64,000 nucleotides of DNA from Geosiphon pyriformis uo1 (Eukaryota; Fungi; Glomeromycota). Of the stretch, positions 1-11,703 are shown piece by piece. Numbering within the stretch: the stretch's first letter is position 1; the number at the start of each line of letters is the position of its first letter. The stretch spans positions 682,001-746,000 of the forward strand of contig JAAOMT010000502.1 in the NCBI GenBank assembly GCA_016748015.1. Reading direction: 5' to 3'. Position numbers and translations under genes: made by a program. The notes beneath the pieces are model-generated. The model was given only the letters and a program-made list of their open reading frames with translations, ran no database searches and was not told the origin of the DNA.

Positions 1-1189
1 TGTTTAATATTTTTTCTTGACTTTTAACAAAAACAAAAAAAATTTTTTACCTTTTTTTTTTCTTATTGACAAAAAATGACATCTTAAGAGAATTACAAAT
101 ATCTAAGCTCAACCAAATCTTTTCAAAATAATTAAATTCAAAGACATTACTTAACAAAAAAGCTTTTATAATGTTTGAAACCAAAACTTCTAACTAATAG
201 AATCTCAAAAATTGTTTGTTCTTGAAATTACCAGAATTTCTGAACCAAGTCTTGTAGAAAATTTTGTTTATTGATTCAATTATAATTAATCTTAAACCTT
301 TTTACATAGTATTCAAATTATTTTGTTCTTTTATAATATGAAAATTGCCAAGTACACAAAATATTTATTTTATTAAATGTTTCTTAAACTGAGTTTATTT
401 TGAATTATTAGCATTCTTAATACCAAAATTTTACCAATTTTTGTTAACTTGCTTATGAATTGCACTTAGGCATTTATTTAGAAGACCATTCAAGCCAATT
501 GAAATTACAATGGCCAAGTAATTAGTATTAAAGAAATTGTAAACACTATTAACTTTACATTTGACTATTACTAATAAAAAATAATTGCTAACCAAAATGT
601 AATTAATAGTCTTTTTTGAAACTCTTAAGTTATTTTATGTCAAAGGCTTGGCAACTAAATTATCTATTAGAGAATTGTACAAACTCAAATCAAAATATTT
701 TCTAAAATTCACACTATGTTTTATACTATCTTTATTAAAATTCTCATCTATAACAACATAAGAGCTTAAATTAACTGCCTTGACAACAAAAAAATTAATC
801 TCACAAGTTTGATTAAATTGTGCACTAGTTAAAAAATTAGCATATAAACCTAAAATTGTCATTGAAATTTTGTTGCTAAACAACAAACAAACTAAAATAA
901 GATGATTAAAGATTTTAAAGACTTTGTATACATATTAAACCAGAATATTGTTTATTACTATTGCTATGTCAATATCTATATAATTAGTGTTCAAACCAGA
1001 AACAAAAACTTTTACACTCTAAAATTTATTCTTAATTCAAAACTTAGTCTGTTTTTTTAACTTAGTCTTAATAATAATAGAAATCCAATTGCCAGATTTA
1101 TTGTGCCACCTAATTATATTTTTCTGCTTAGTTATATTGTTTATTTCTTTAATATTATATATAGCTATTTTTCAAATAAAATCATTTAT
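1..1189 (-). pseudogene. LINE ORF2 N-terminus (APE endonuclease), degenerate
   Basis: SMTILGLYA...SSYVVIDENFNKD matches SVSILGLYA...SSFVILGGDFNED of the LINE at 46060-46200. The start codon has decayed from ATG to ATA at 1189. Confidence 0.8.
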
Positions 1190-3225
1190 TGAAGAGAAAA
1201 ATCCACAAAAAAAGTCAAACCAGCATACAACTAATCTAATCTTATCAGAACTAAACCAACAAAAGCTTTAAAAACCACCAATTTTAATTTTAAATTACTT
1301 ACTTTGGTGGTTAAAACTTTTGAACTATTTGGATCCAAAATTGAAGCTTTAACAATGATTAAAGAAGAAAACAAAAATAGAATATTTAAATTATTCAATA
1401 TCATATCTGAATTTAAAACTAAATCAGAATCTATTAAGCTTGTTAAATCATAAAAAAGAGAATATGAAAGCAGAGACACTAAATCTACATTGCTAAGTTT
1501 GTACACAAAACTAGATATCTAATTAGTCAACAGTTCCAAAAAACATTCTAAAGAAGCCAAGCAAAAAACAATTAATGAGTTATTATTGAGGACCAAAAGA
1601 GTTTTGTTAACATATAAAAATCTTGAAATATATGACTCAGAACCAGAACCAGAACCAAGATAAAAGTTTTTAGCTAAGATAGCAAGTAAAACTATCTGAA
1701 TCCAAAATTTGCTACCAAAAGCAGCAGAACAAAAAATATGGACATTTTTCTTGGCATATAACTTGTCAAGCTAAAAATAATTCTTATCTAAAACAAACTT
1801 TTTAAATACTTTTACAAAAAAAGAAGCAAAGGCACCAGATATATTACATTCTAGAACAGAATGTTCAAAATAACCACATTTTTTATATTAAACCAAATTT
1901 ATCTTAGCTTATTAAAGTTTAACATTACCAAAAATTGGCTCTGTGCAAAAGACAGATTTTATTTTTTTATTTAATTTAAAACCAACCACAGTACAGCAAA
2001 TCTGATTGCCAGTATCAAGTAAACAAGTAATAATACAAGTTTTTTTACCAGTCTCTTTTAACAAATTACTAAGATTATGGGCCATTTTTTTTATAAATAA
2101 AGTAAACAAAAATGCTCTAAACCTATTTCTAAATATTCAAACATCTTGATTTTTTACAACTTTTGTCATATACACTAAATTTTTCCTGATCAGGAATAAT
2201 TATTTTACTGTCAACTGATCTGTTTAAGCTAATTTGGCAAATTTTACTATAGTTTTCTGTTATAGTTCAATGATTTGCAATTTGATTAACACAATCTAAT
2301 CATATTTAACAACTGTAATAATAATCATTTCTTTGGTGTATTTATGGAAATTTTCTTAATTATTACAGTCTGATATTACAGATGATTATTTAAGATATTA
2401 GAACAAATAATAAATCCATAATTTAATGCTTAATAGTTAGAAATATTGGTAATTTCTGAAGATTTTGGAGTTTGAAGATTTTGGTTAAGTTTTTTGTATA
2501 ATAGACAGAGATTCAATTAATAATTTTTTCTGTGAATTTTTTTTTAGCATAGTGGCCAGTGTTACTCATAAAATATAGAAAATATATATTAGCATAAATT
2601 GGCTAATCAAAAATAACCATAGTAAATGTGGAATTCCAGTATTTCTCTTAAGAGGAATTGCAGAATTCCAGAAATTTCAGGATTCTTATATAAAGAATTA
2701 CAGGATTTCAGAATTGCAGAATTCTTCTTAAGAGGAATTGCAGACTTTCAGGAATTTCAGAATTTTAGTGTAAGGAATTGAGGAATTGAAAAATCTCAAT
2801 TATGTATATATAGCAGTAGGATTAGAAGAAAAAAAAACAGAATCCTTTAGTTAGAGACCTCCCAGTTTAGATCTGATCTAAGCAACTTTCTATTCACAAA
2901 TATCAATAAATAATTATTCACTATCTCAATCCACTCTCTACTATCAACACTTTATGTTGATAGTAATTGATACTTAACTACATTGGAACAATAGCTCTTG
3001 ATTACAGCTATTAACAGATTATTAACTTGCAATTGCTTTTGTTTATTTCTTTATCTTCTTTTATTTTCTTTATTTCTTTTGTATTTCTTGTTGGTTGACT
3101 AATTGATTAAGGATTAAAGTGCTGAGTTACAGATGTCATAGGGACTGGTAAAAGACCTGTGAAACAAGAATAGAACACTTATAGATTTGAGAATAGTTTA
3201 CCAGGAAAATTACTGGCCATTATGC

Positions 3226-4480
3226 TGTTATCAGACGAAATTAGAGATATTGTTTAGCATGAAATTACCCTTATAAATCTTATCATTAATTAGCATATAT
3301 TATCATTTCAAATTATCACTTATTACATTAACAAAATATCTAAAATTATCATTTAATTAATAACCTAATTTGTACATAACACAAATGTAACCTAAGTGTG
3401 ATGATTAATCATGCAATACCCCGAAATATGTAACATTCAAAAGTTTGCCAAAATTTGTAGAAATTTGCCGAAATAATTGATAGTTCACCGAAATATCTAA
3501 TAGTTCGCAGAAATAACTTGTAGTTCACTGAAATATATCTTTAGTTCAGCAAAATTATAGAAAAGAGCAAAGTTCAAGTTCATAAAATAGTGTTATGACA
3601 AATTGTATAAAAGAAGAGCTTCTCTCTTCGAAAAAATGTATCTTACTTTAGATTTATTACTTAGAACNNNNNNNNNNNNNNNNNNNNATGCAATACCCCG
3701 AAATATGTAACATTCAAAAGTTTGCCAAAATTTGTAGAAATTTGCCGAAATAATTGATAGTTCACCGAAATATCTAATAGTTCGCAGAAATAACTTGTAG
3801 TTCACTGAAATATATCTTTAGTTCAGCAAAATTATAGAAAAGAGCAAAGTTCAAGTTCATAAAATAGTGTTATGACAAATTGTATAAAAGAAGAGCTTCT
3901 CTCTTCGAAAAAATGTATCTTACTTTAGATTTATTACTTAGAACTATTCCTATACACACAAAAAGAAATAAAATATCAAATAATTTGAAAAACCAATTTC
4001 TTTAAATATTGCACTTAGAAAATTCCCAAAACCCAACTAACGTTTAAAATTGATTAGCTACCAATTTTAGTAAACTGTTAGTGATTCCAGGCCTGAATAG
4101 AAAACGTTTTCCTTGATAAAATTCTATTTCTTTTATATTTATTTTATTTTTTTTTATTTTCTTATCATAATTATTAGAGTAACTTACAGATGAAATTTCT
4201 GTAGAAGAGTTGACTTTCACAGCAAAGTAACTACACATTTTTAGTGAGCTTCCAGATGAGCAATTCCTGAGAAAGAGTTGACATTTACTACAACGTAACT
4301 ACACAAAGCAACTGGCACAGAATTGGCCATTCCACTTATAAGCCCAGCAATTCAAATTATAAGAAATAATTTGAAGATAAATTCAGTTACTGGAGGTTCA
4401 ATTACATTCAGAAAACGTGAATTCACAGCAAACAGACATCAACAACATTTAGAAAAAGAGACCAAAAACCTCCGGTAACA
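3226..4480 (+). repeat. Element A 5' LTR (978 bp once the assembly duplication and gap are removed)
   Basis: Direct repeat of 12392-13367. Confidence 0.95.
3411..3944. other. Assembly artefact: 257-bp exact duplication either side of a 20-N gap
   Basis: 3411-3667 equals 3688-3944 with Ns at 3668-3687. The sister LTR has one copy. Confidence 0.9.
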
Positions 4481-4482
4481 TT

Positions 4483-4499
4483 TGGTGCTCTCCCACGGA
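4483..4499 (+). promoter_or_regulatory. Primer-binding site of element A
   Basis: TGGTGCTCTCCCACGGA 2 nt after the LTR, complementary to a tRNA 3' end (...GAGCACCA). The tRNA identity is not determined. Confidence 0.85.
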
Positions 4500-4525
4500 A
4501 ATAACACAGCAACAACAAATTCAAA

Positions 4526-7500
4526 GTGGCAACCACACCAAACACAGCAACTTTAAAGTATTACCAGTCAATTTATACATACTGCAAGCAAAGATTCAAC
4601 ATTCCAGACGAAATTGAAGTTGTCAAAAAATCAGTATACCAATACATTGAAAACCGCATCAACAATTATATTTTTGGAAACTACAACATTTCAAAAGTTA
4701 GAAGCAACCTCTACAATAATTTAGTGCACTATTTACAATTGAGAACAGAAGACCTGAATAGTAAAACACTTGCTACCTACTTCCAAGAACTTAATTTTAA
4801 CATTATTGAGTACTGTAAAGAAAAATACCCAGTACAGTCTAAATACTCTTTTGACTTTAAATTAGAGACAAAAACAAGCAACAAAGGCAAAAAAATATTG
4901 AGGCAATACTCAAAAACCATCTTAAATACTCCAATACTACCAAAAACAACTGCCAAACACTTACAAACACCTGAACAAGGAACCAGTTTAAAACTTCTAC
5001 TTACTATTACACCTTTTTCAGCTTTACTTGCACAAGCAGAAACTCCTAATTCACCTTTAAATCGATTTTCAAGACTAGAAGATTATACATCACCCAGAAG
5101 TCCCATCAGACAACAAAAAACCCTTCAGACTAGTACCAATCTTTTTGACTATTTAGCAGAAAACACAAGCGAATACTCTGAAACATTAGTCAAATGAAGA
5201 AAACATTTCTGAATCCATTGAAGAAGAAGTAGAATCTGAAGAAGAAAGTGAATTAACAGATAATAAAGAAGAAAACAAAATGACAGCTTATATTGCAAAA
5301 ATTCCCAAATTTAATAGAGAAGATATTGAGACCAGTCCCCAAGAATGGCTCAACCAAGTTACTAAAGCTGGAGATGCAAATAGATGGAATGCTGCCAGAA
5401 TGTTAAAAACAATTCCCTACTTTCTCAAAGGAACAGCAGATGAATGGTTCAAAAACTTGACCACCTCTTTTAATGACTGGACAGCTTTCAAAACTGCCTT
5501 CTTAAAACAATTCACCGATAACAACACCTTAATTACACTTCAAAATCATTTTCACAATATTAAACAAGAACCCTCCGAATCTGTTATGACTTATATTGAG
5601 AAATTCAACAAACTTCTCAGACGAATTCACCAACTTGAAACTAATAATTATTATTTTGATGCTCAAATCCTGGATCAATTTATTGCTGGTTTAAAGGATA
5701 AACTGATTAAAAAGGTTTGCTCACATGCCCCAAAAGATTTAAACTCTGCTATTCAGCATGTAAAGAGATGAAATGACCATGAAAGAAGCCAATTGTACAA
5801 AGCTCATGAACTTAGCCATTGGAGAGACTAGCTCAGCAGCTGAAGAGAAAATTGACCAACTCACAAAGAAAGTCAAAAACTATTTTACCAACCAACAACA
5901 ACAGCAACCCCAAAGATATCAACCACTCCAAAAATGGAATCAAAACAACTTCACATTATCCTCTAATAACCAGCCTCAGAGTTGCTATTACTGTAGAATT
6001 CCTGGCCACTGGAAAAGAGATTGCAGAAAGCTACAATGAGACCAACAAAATAGAAGTAATCAACATTACCCTCCACCACAGCAATCTTATTATCAACCAC
6101 CACCATCAGCTTACTATCCACCAAAACCCCAATATCAAAGTAACTATTATCAGCCTGCTCCACAGCCAATTCAACAGCAATACCAACAACCACCCACACA
6201 ACATTATCAAGTGCCTGCTCGAAGATTAATTCCACAAAATCAATTTACACCACAAAACCAATACCAAGTAAACAACAATAGAATCAATTTGAACAACCAA
6301 TTAGTTCTCCGAAATCCAGCTTAGCCAAGACTCACCCATTATCATACTCAACCTAGCTATCTTACAATACCTGAAGAACAGAATTTTCACTATACTGCAC
6401 TCTCAAAAGGTAAAACTGTAGCACAACAACAAAACTCTTCCTATACTCCTACCACAATCCCACCAGCCAGAATTACTGAAAACGCCAACCTTTCAGACAT
6501 ATTCCCTTTTGAGTTTGAAGCAAATGAGTCACCATTCCTGCTTAGCAATGCAGCTACCAATGAACAAAAAGCAATCACTGCTATATACACTGAAGCAGAA
6601 GTTGAAAGAAAGTCAATTTGCTTGATCCTAGACAGTGGATCTGCCAGAAGCATTATCACCTACCAGTTAATGCAACAGTTAAAGAGAAATGTTGACCGAC
6701 CAGCTCAAACAGTAATCATTACTGCCAATAGCATGAAAAAGACTCCAGTAGGAGAAATTGACAATTTTTTGTTCACTCTTGATGAAATCACCATTTTAGT
6801 CAAAGTTCTTGTAATGAATGTAACCCAGTATTAAGCTCTTGTCAGAAATGATTGGCTTCAAAAAGCCAATGCTAATTTGAATTGGAAAACACAAGAGTTA
6901 ATAATCTCCTACCAAGGACAACACACCTGGATATCTGCCACTTGTAGTACATTCAACAAATGCTCCGAAAAAGCCCTGGTTTTTGAATTCGAACTGGAAG
7001 AAGAAAAGCCCATTATTGAAACATTTATGGCACTTGGATCAACCTCCAATTGGGCCGATGAAACTAAACAACAGTACTTTTCAACAAATAATTCTTTTGA
7101 AACAAAAGAACTAGTGACAACCGGATGGAATGTCCCCTATTCAAAACCAGAACCATGAAAACAACGCCCCTATATTCCACTCAAATACAAGAACTGTCAC
7201 AAAAAACTCTCCTCAATAGAAGCCTGCATTTCACCTAAAGAAGAATATGAAAATCATACTTGTTATTACTGCAAGGCTTGCCACAGAGAATAATGGGGCC
7301 ATCTAATAAAAAGAAGCAGAAAATGGAACAACACTCCTTGTTTGACTTGTGGAGATATGCTACCAGAAGAATGCAATTGGGTTAATATAGCAATGAGAGA
7401 AGGAGTCTGTGATCAGACCTGCCAATATGCTTTATCAATTTCAGAAAAAGTAAAAAGAGAAACATCCTTTAATGCAGCATACAACAGTACTCTTAACAAA

Positions 7501-10155
7501 CTTTATCACTACCCCCATAATGCTGAAATGATTTTTAACCTAGCAATGGCATTAATTAATGGAGCTACCAAAGAAGATGTCCATCAAATGAAGGAAACAG
7601 AATACATTGAATACACCATGGAATTAGCTGGATTCGATTACAAAGATGAAGTAGAAGTCTACCACCAAATTGCAAGTTACATCTACCCAACCCAAGAAGC
7701 TCAAATTCAACAATTAGAGCAAATGAACATTAGGCTATGTGAAGAATACATTATGCCTTGTGATGAACAGTGGTGTCTTAAATGCTATGCTCTTAGCATT
7801 CCTCTGCCCAGTAAAAATGATGAAAACGAAATTGAATTTGGAGAACCCAAAGTAACAGAAGAAATTGAAGCAACACCCATCTATTTTATTGAAAACCAGC
7901 CTGCCTTACAACTCAAATACTTCAACAACAATGGACAAGGAATAAAACCTGAAAAAGCACATGAAATTGATGCTGAATATGACCTAAAATATTCAGACAA
8001 GGATACTCTCATTCTCAAACCCAAATCTCACAAAAATCAATCTCAAAATTGCTTTCAAAATTCCACCAGGAGCAATGATTCAAATCACCTTCTGGTTCTC
8101 TCTGGCAAGCAAAGGAATTAATGTCAGAGGAGGAATAATTGATGCTGGATATACTGGTGACATAACAGTAATACTTCAAAACAAAACTGACAAGCCATTT
8201 AAGATTGAACATGCTAAGAAAATTGCCCAAGCCATTTATTTACTCTTAATTAACATTTCGGGTTTACAATTAGTCAATCAAAGAGAACTATTGGGAAAAA
8301 GTGAAAAAGGAATTCAAGGTTTTGGTTCAACTGGATGATTCACAGTTCCAGTAAACATAGCTCTCAATAAACAGAAAGAATCTCACCAAATTTTACAACT
8401 TTCACAACCAATTACCATTTCACTCTTTGGAGAACACCCTGAAATTTATACTTGTGAAAAGCCAACAACCACACAACAAATTTTTGAGTCCAATGAACAA
8501 ATCTGCTTGGAATATAATATCTCGATTCCAAACATTTATATTCCAGAAAGAACAAAGAAAATCTGAGTTATTTTGTACAATCCCAACAATTTTCTCATAG
8601 TTTTATTAAATAACTTAGAAATTAGAGTTATTTACAGTAATATCTTTCAACAAGAATTACCCCAAACAGTCCCCAATTTTTCTGAAATTATTGGACATTT
8701 ACTACCAAAAATCAATCCAAACCCCAGCTCTGAAAACTACCATGTTGTCATAGAAAAACTATCTCGAATCAACATGGGACAACTTGAACCACAACAACAG
8801 AACCAGCTTAAAAAGCTAATTGCAAAATTTGCCAATATCTTTGCCGAAAACAACAATGACTTAGGAAGAACCAATTTGGTTCAACACCAAATCTATACAG
8901 GAGATGCCAAACCAAGACAACAACAAGCCTACTGAGTTGCTCCAGGAAATCACCAATTTATCTGTGAAAAAGTACAATGGATGTTCAACAATAGGCTTAT
9001 TCAATCATCAATGAGTCTATGGGCCTCATCTGTGATCTTAGTTAAAAAGAAAAATGGAAAAATACAATTTTGTGCTGATTATCGACAACTCAACAGTGTC
9101 ATTATTGGAGATGCCTATCCTCTTCCCCAAATTGATGATATGTTGGACACCCTTGGAAAATCCAAATACTTTTCGACATTAGATTTAGAAAGTGGATACT
9201 GACAAGTTGCCATGGATCCCAAAGATCATCCCAAAACAGCATTCAACATTCAAGGAGGAAATTACAAATTCAACGTAATGCCTTTCGGATTATGCAATGC
9301 ACCAGCAACATTCCAAAGACTCATAGATGTTGTTTACAAAGGCCTCCTTTGGAAATCAGTAGTTGTCTATCTCGATGATACTGATGTTTATTCACCATCT
9401 TTTGAATTACATTTAAAATACCTGCAAGAAGTTTTTTAATAATTACGGAAAGCAGGATTAAGACTGAACATTGAAAAATGCTACTTTGGAAAAACGAGTT
9501 TGGCCTTTCTTGACCACATTGTAAGCAAAGATGAAATTAAACCAGACCCCAGAAAAATCAGCACTGTCAAGAACTTCAAGACTTCACGAAATACCACAGA
9601 ATTAAGAGAATTTATTGGATTAGCTTCCTATTACCAAAAATTCATCAAAGGATTCTCAGAAATCACAAAACCTCTTAACCAGCTTACTACTAAAAATGGT
9701 GAATACAAATAGACAAAAGAACACCAAAAAGCTTTTGAAATTCTCAAGGAAAAGCTGACAACAGCTCCAATTCTCGCCTACTCAGACTTCAGTAACTGAT
9801 TTTGACTATCTTTGGTGCCATCTTATCACAATTAAATAACAATGGAAATGAGTGAGTAATCGCTTATGCTAGCAGAACATTAAAACCAGCCAAGAAAAAC
9901 TACCCTGCCACAGAACTAGAAACAACAGTCATAATCTGGGTCCTATACCACTTCAACTTTTATCTCAGGCCTAAAGAATTCGATATTATTACTGATAATA
10001 TTGGATTCAAATGGCTTCAGAACAAAAACACCCAACTGAATGCAAAACAAACCCGATGAACAGAATTTTTAGCCAACTACTGATACATTGTACACCACAA
10101 ACTAGGAAAACTTCACACCAACATTGATTGTCTCTCAAGAATGAGACAAGATTAA
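4526..10155 (+). pseudogene. Element A Gag-PR-Cys-rich-dUTPase-RT-RNase H polyprotein, disrupted
   Basis: Capsid-like 5280-5771, zinc knuckle CYYCRIPGHWKRDC 5983-6024, protease LILDSGSARS about 6620, RT MPFGLCNAPATFQ and YLDD 9368-9379, RNase H ending NIDCLSRMRQD-stop. Confidence 0.93.
7910..8335 (+). pseudogene. dUTPase domain of element A
   Basis: All five trimeric dUTPase motifs recognisable: DA(E/G)YDL, S-SLA, GGIIDAGYTGDI, KIAQAI, KGIQGFGSTG. One frameshift near 8030. Confidence 0.9.
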
Positions 10156-10195
10156 CCAACACCCATTTGAATTAACAACAACAAAACAACAAACA

Positions 10196-11581
10196 ATGAA
10201 CCCCAAAAACTACAACAATCTTAAACAATATTTGGAGACATTAACAATCCCAACAAATTGGTCCCCAGATAAAAAATGTCAGTTACAACAACAAACCAAA
10301 CAATACTTCTTACACAACAACATTATTTATTATCAAAACTTCAGAAACCCAGACAGTCCACTCAGATTAATACAAGAACATGAAAAAAAAATCATTTTAT
10401 ATAACATGCATTCAGACCCTTTATCAGCACATCTAGGAAAAGACAACACCATTCAGAGAACACTAAAATATTATTTTTGGCCTCAAATAAGAAAAAACAT
10501 TCATAAATATGTTAAGTCTTGTGATAATTGTCAAAGAAAAGGAGGAACTCACCCTACAGAACCTTTAAACCCAATCAAAGTTGGACAGCCTTTTGACCAA
10601 GTTGGTATTGATTTAGTTAGAACACTTCCTATCACAAACCAAGGAAACCATTATATTGCAGTAGCAGTAGACTATCTCACCAAATGGCCTGAAGCCAGAG
10701 CTATTCAACAAGTAGATGCAAAATCAGTAGCAAACTTCATCTATGAAGACATTATTTGTAGACATGAATGCCCAATAGAACTTTTATTTAATCAAGGAAC
10801 ACATTTTGTAAACAATTTAATCTAGGAAATTTGTGGATGATTTAATGTCAAGAGACCATTATCTTCACCCTACTATTCACAAACAAATGGACTTGTAGAA
10901 TGTTTCAACAGAACATTGTGTGAATCATTAGCCAAAGTCTCAACTGATTTTGAGTAAGAATAGAATCTCTTTATTCCATCAGTGTTACTAGCATATAGAA
11001 CACTAAAACAAGATACCACAAAACACACACCATTTGATTTAACTTATGGAAGGACAGCAACATTACCAATTAGTTTTACAGTGGAAACATATCCAGCACA
11101 ACCAATCGATAAAAACAATTTCCAGGAAACACTACAACAAAGAGCCTACACTCTGCTTAGCACATTGGAAAGAAAATGACAAATAGCAGCCACCCATATC
11201 AAACACTCCCAAGCTCAACAAAAAGAACAGCATAATGACAAATTGCCTCCAGTTACCAATGGATTTAAAATCAGAAACAAAGTTCTCTTACACAGAACTA
11301 AAACTGAAAAACAATGGAGTGGAAAATTTGAAAATAAATGGGATGGACTATTCTTTATTTATGAAGTCCTAGGCAACAGATCATATAAGCTAAGACTTGA
11401 TAACAAAATCTTAGCAAAAGTTGCATATGGAGATCATTTGAAACACTATAATTCCAGAAACAATTCTGAACCATTAATTCCACAAATTGGCACACATTCC
11501 CTTTTAATCAATTCCAAAGATATTCTCTGGAATTTAGAACCAATAGTTGTCATTGAACAACCTCCCAACTTGAATACTTAA
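10196..11581 (+). pseudogene. Element A integrase (own ATG)
   Basis: HSDPLSAH...CDNCQ HHCC motif, GIDLV, VDYLTKWPEA, QGTHF, QTNGLVE, C-terminal GPF-like KWDGLF. No chromodomain. Confidence 0.93.
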
Positions 11582-11703
11582 TTTAAATTTATTATTATAG
11601 TTATCTTCTTATAATTTAGAAACAATCTCACAAAAACAAAACAAAAATAACATAAAAACCCATACACCAAAAATAATTTTCTTTTATTTTCAAATCTCTT
11701 ATA

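Noticed and set aside
3411-3944. 257-bp tandem duplication in the 5' LTR of A
   Set aside because: Copies are identical, abut a 20-N gap and are absent from the sister LTR; this is a scaffolding artefact.
4044-4238. Recurrent antisense ORF (MCSYFAVKVNSS... / MIIIKKERK...) also at 12889, 18775 and 27660
   Set aside because: It recurs only because it lies in the LTR; start and stop positions differ between copies and there is no motif.
4208-4300. Bulged hairpins as iron-responsive elements
   Set aside because: Geometry is similar but the CAGUGN loop and 5' C bulge are absent.
11243-11581. Chromodomain at the integrase C-terminus
   Set aside because: Only a GPY/F-type motif and a short tail are present; no YLVKW-like pattern.
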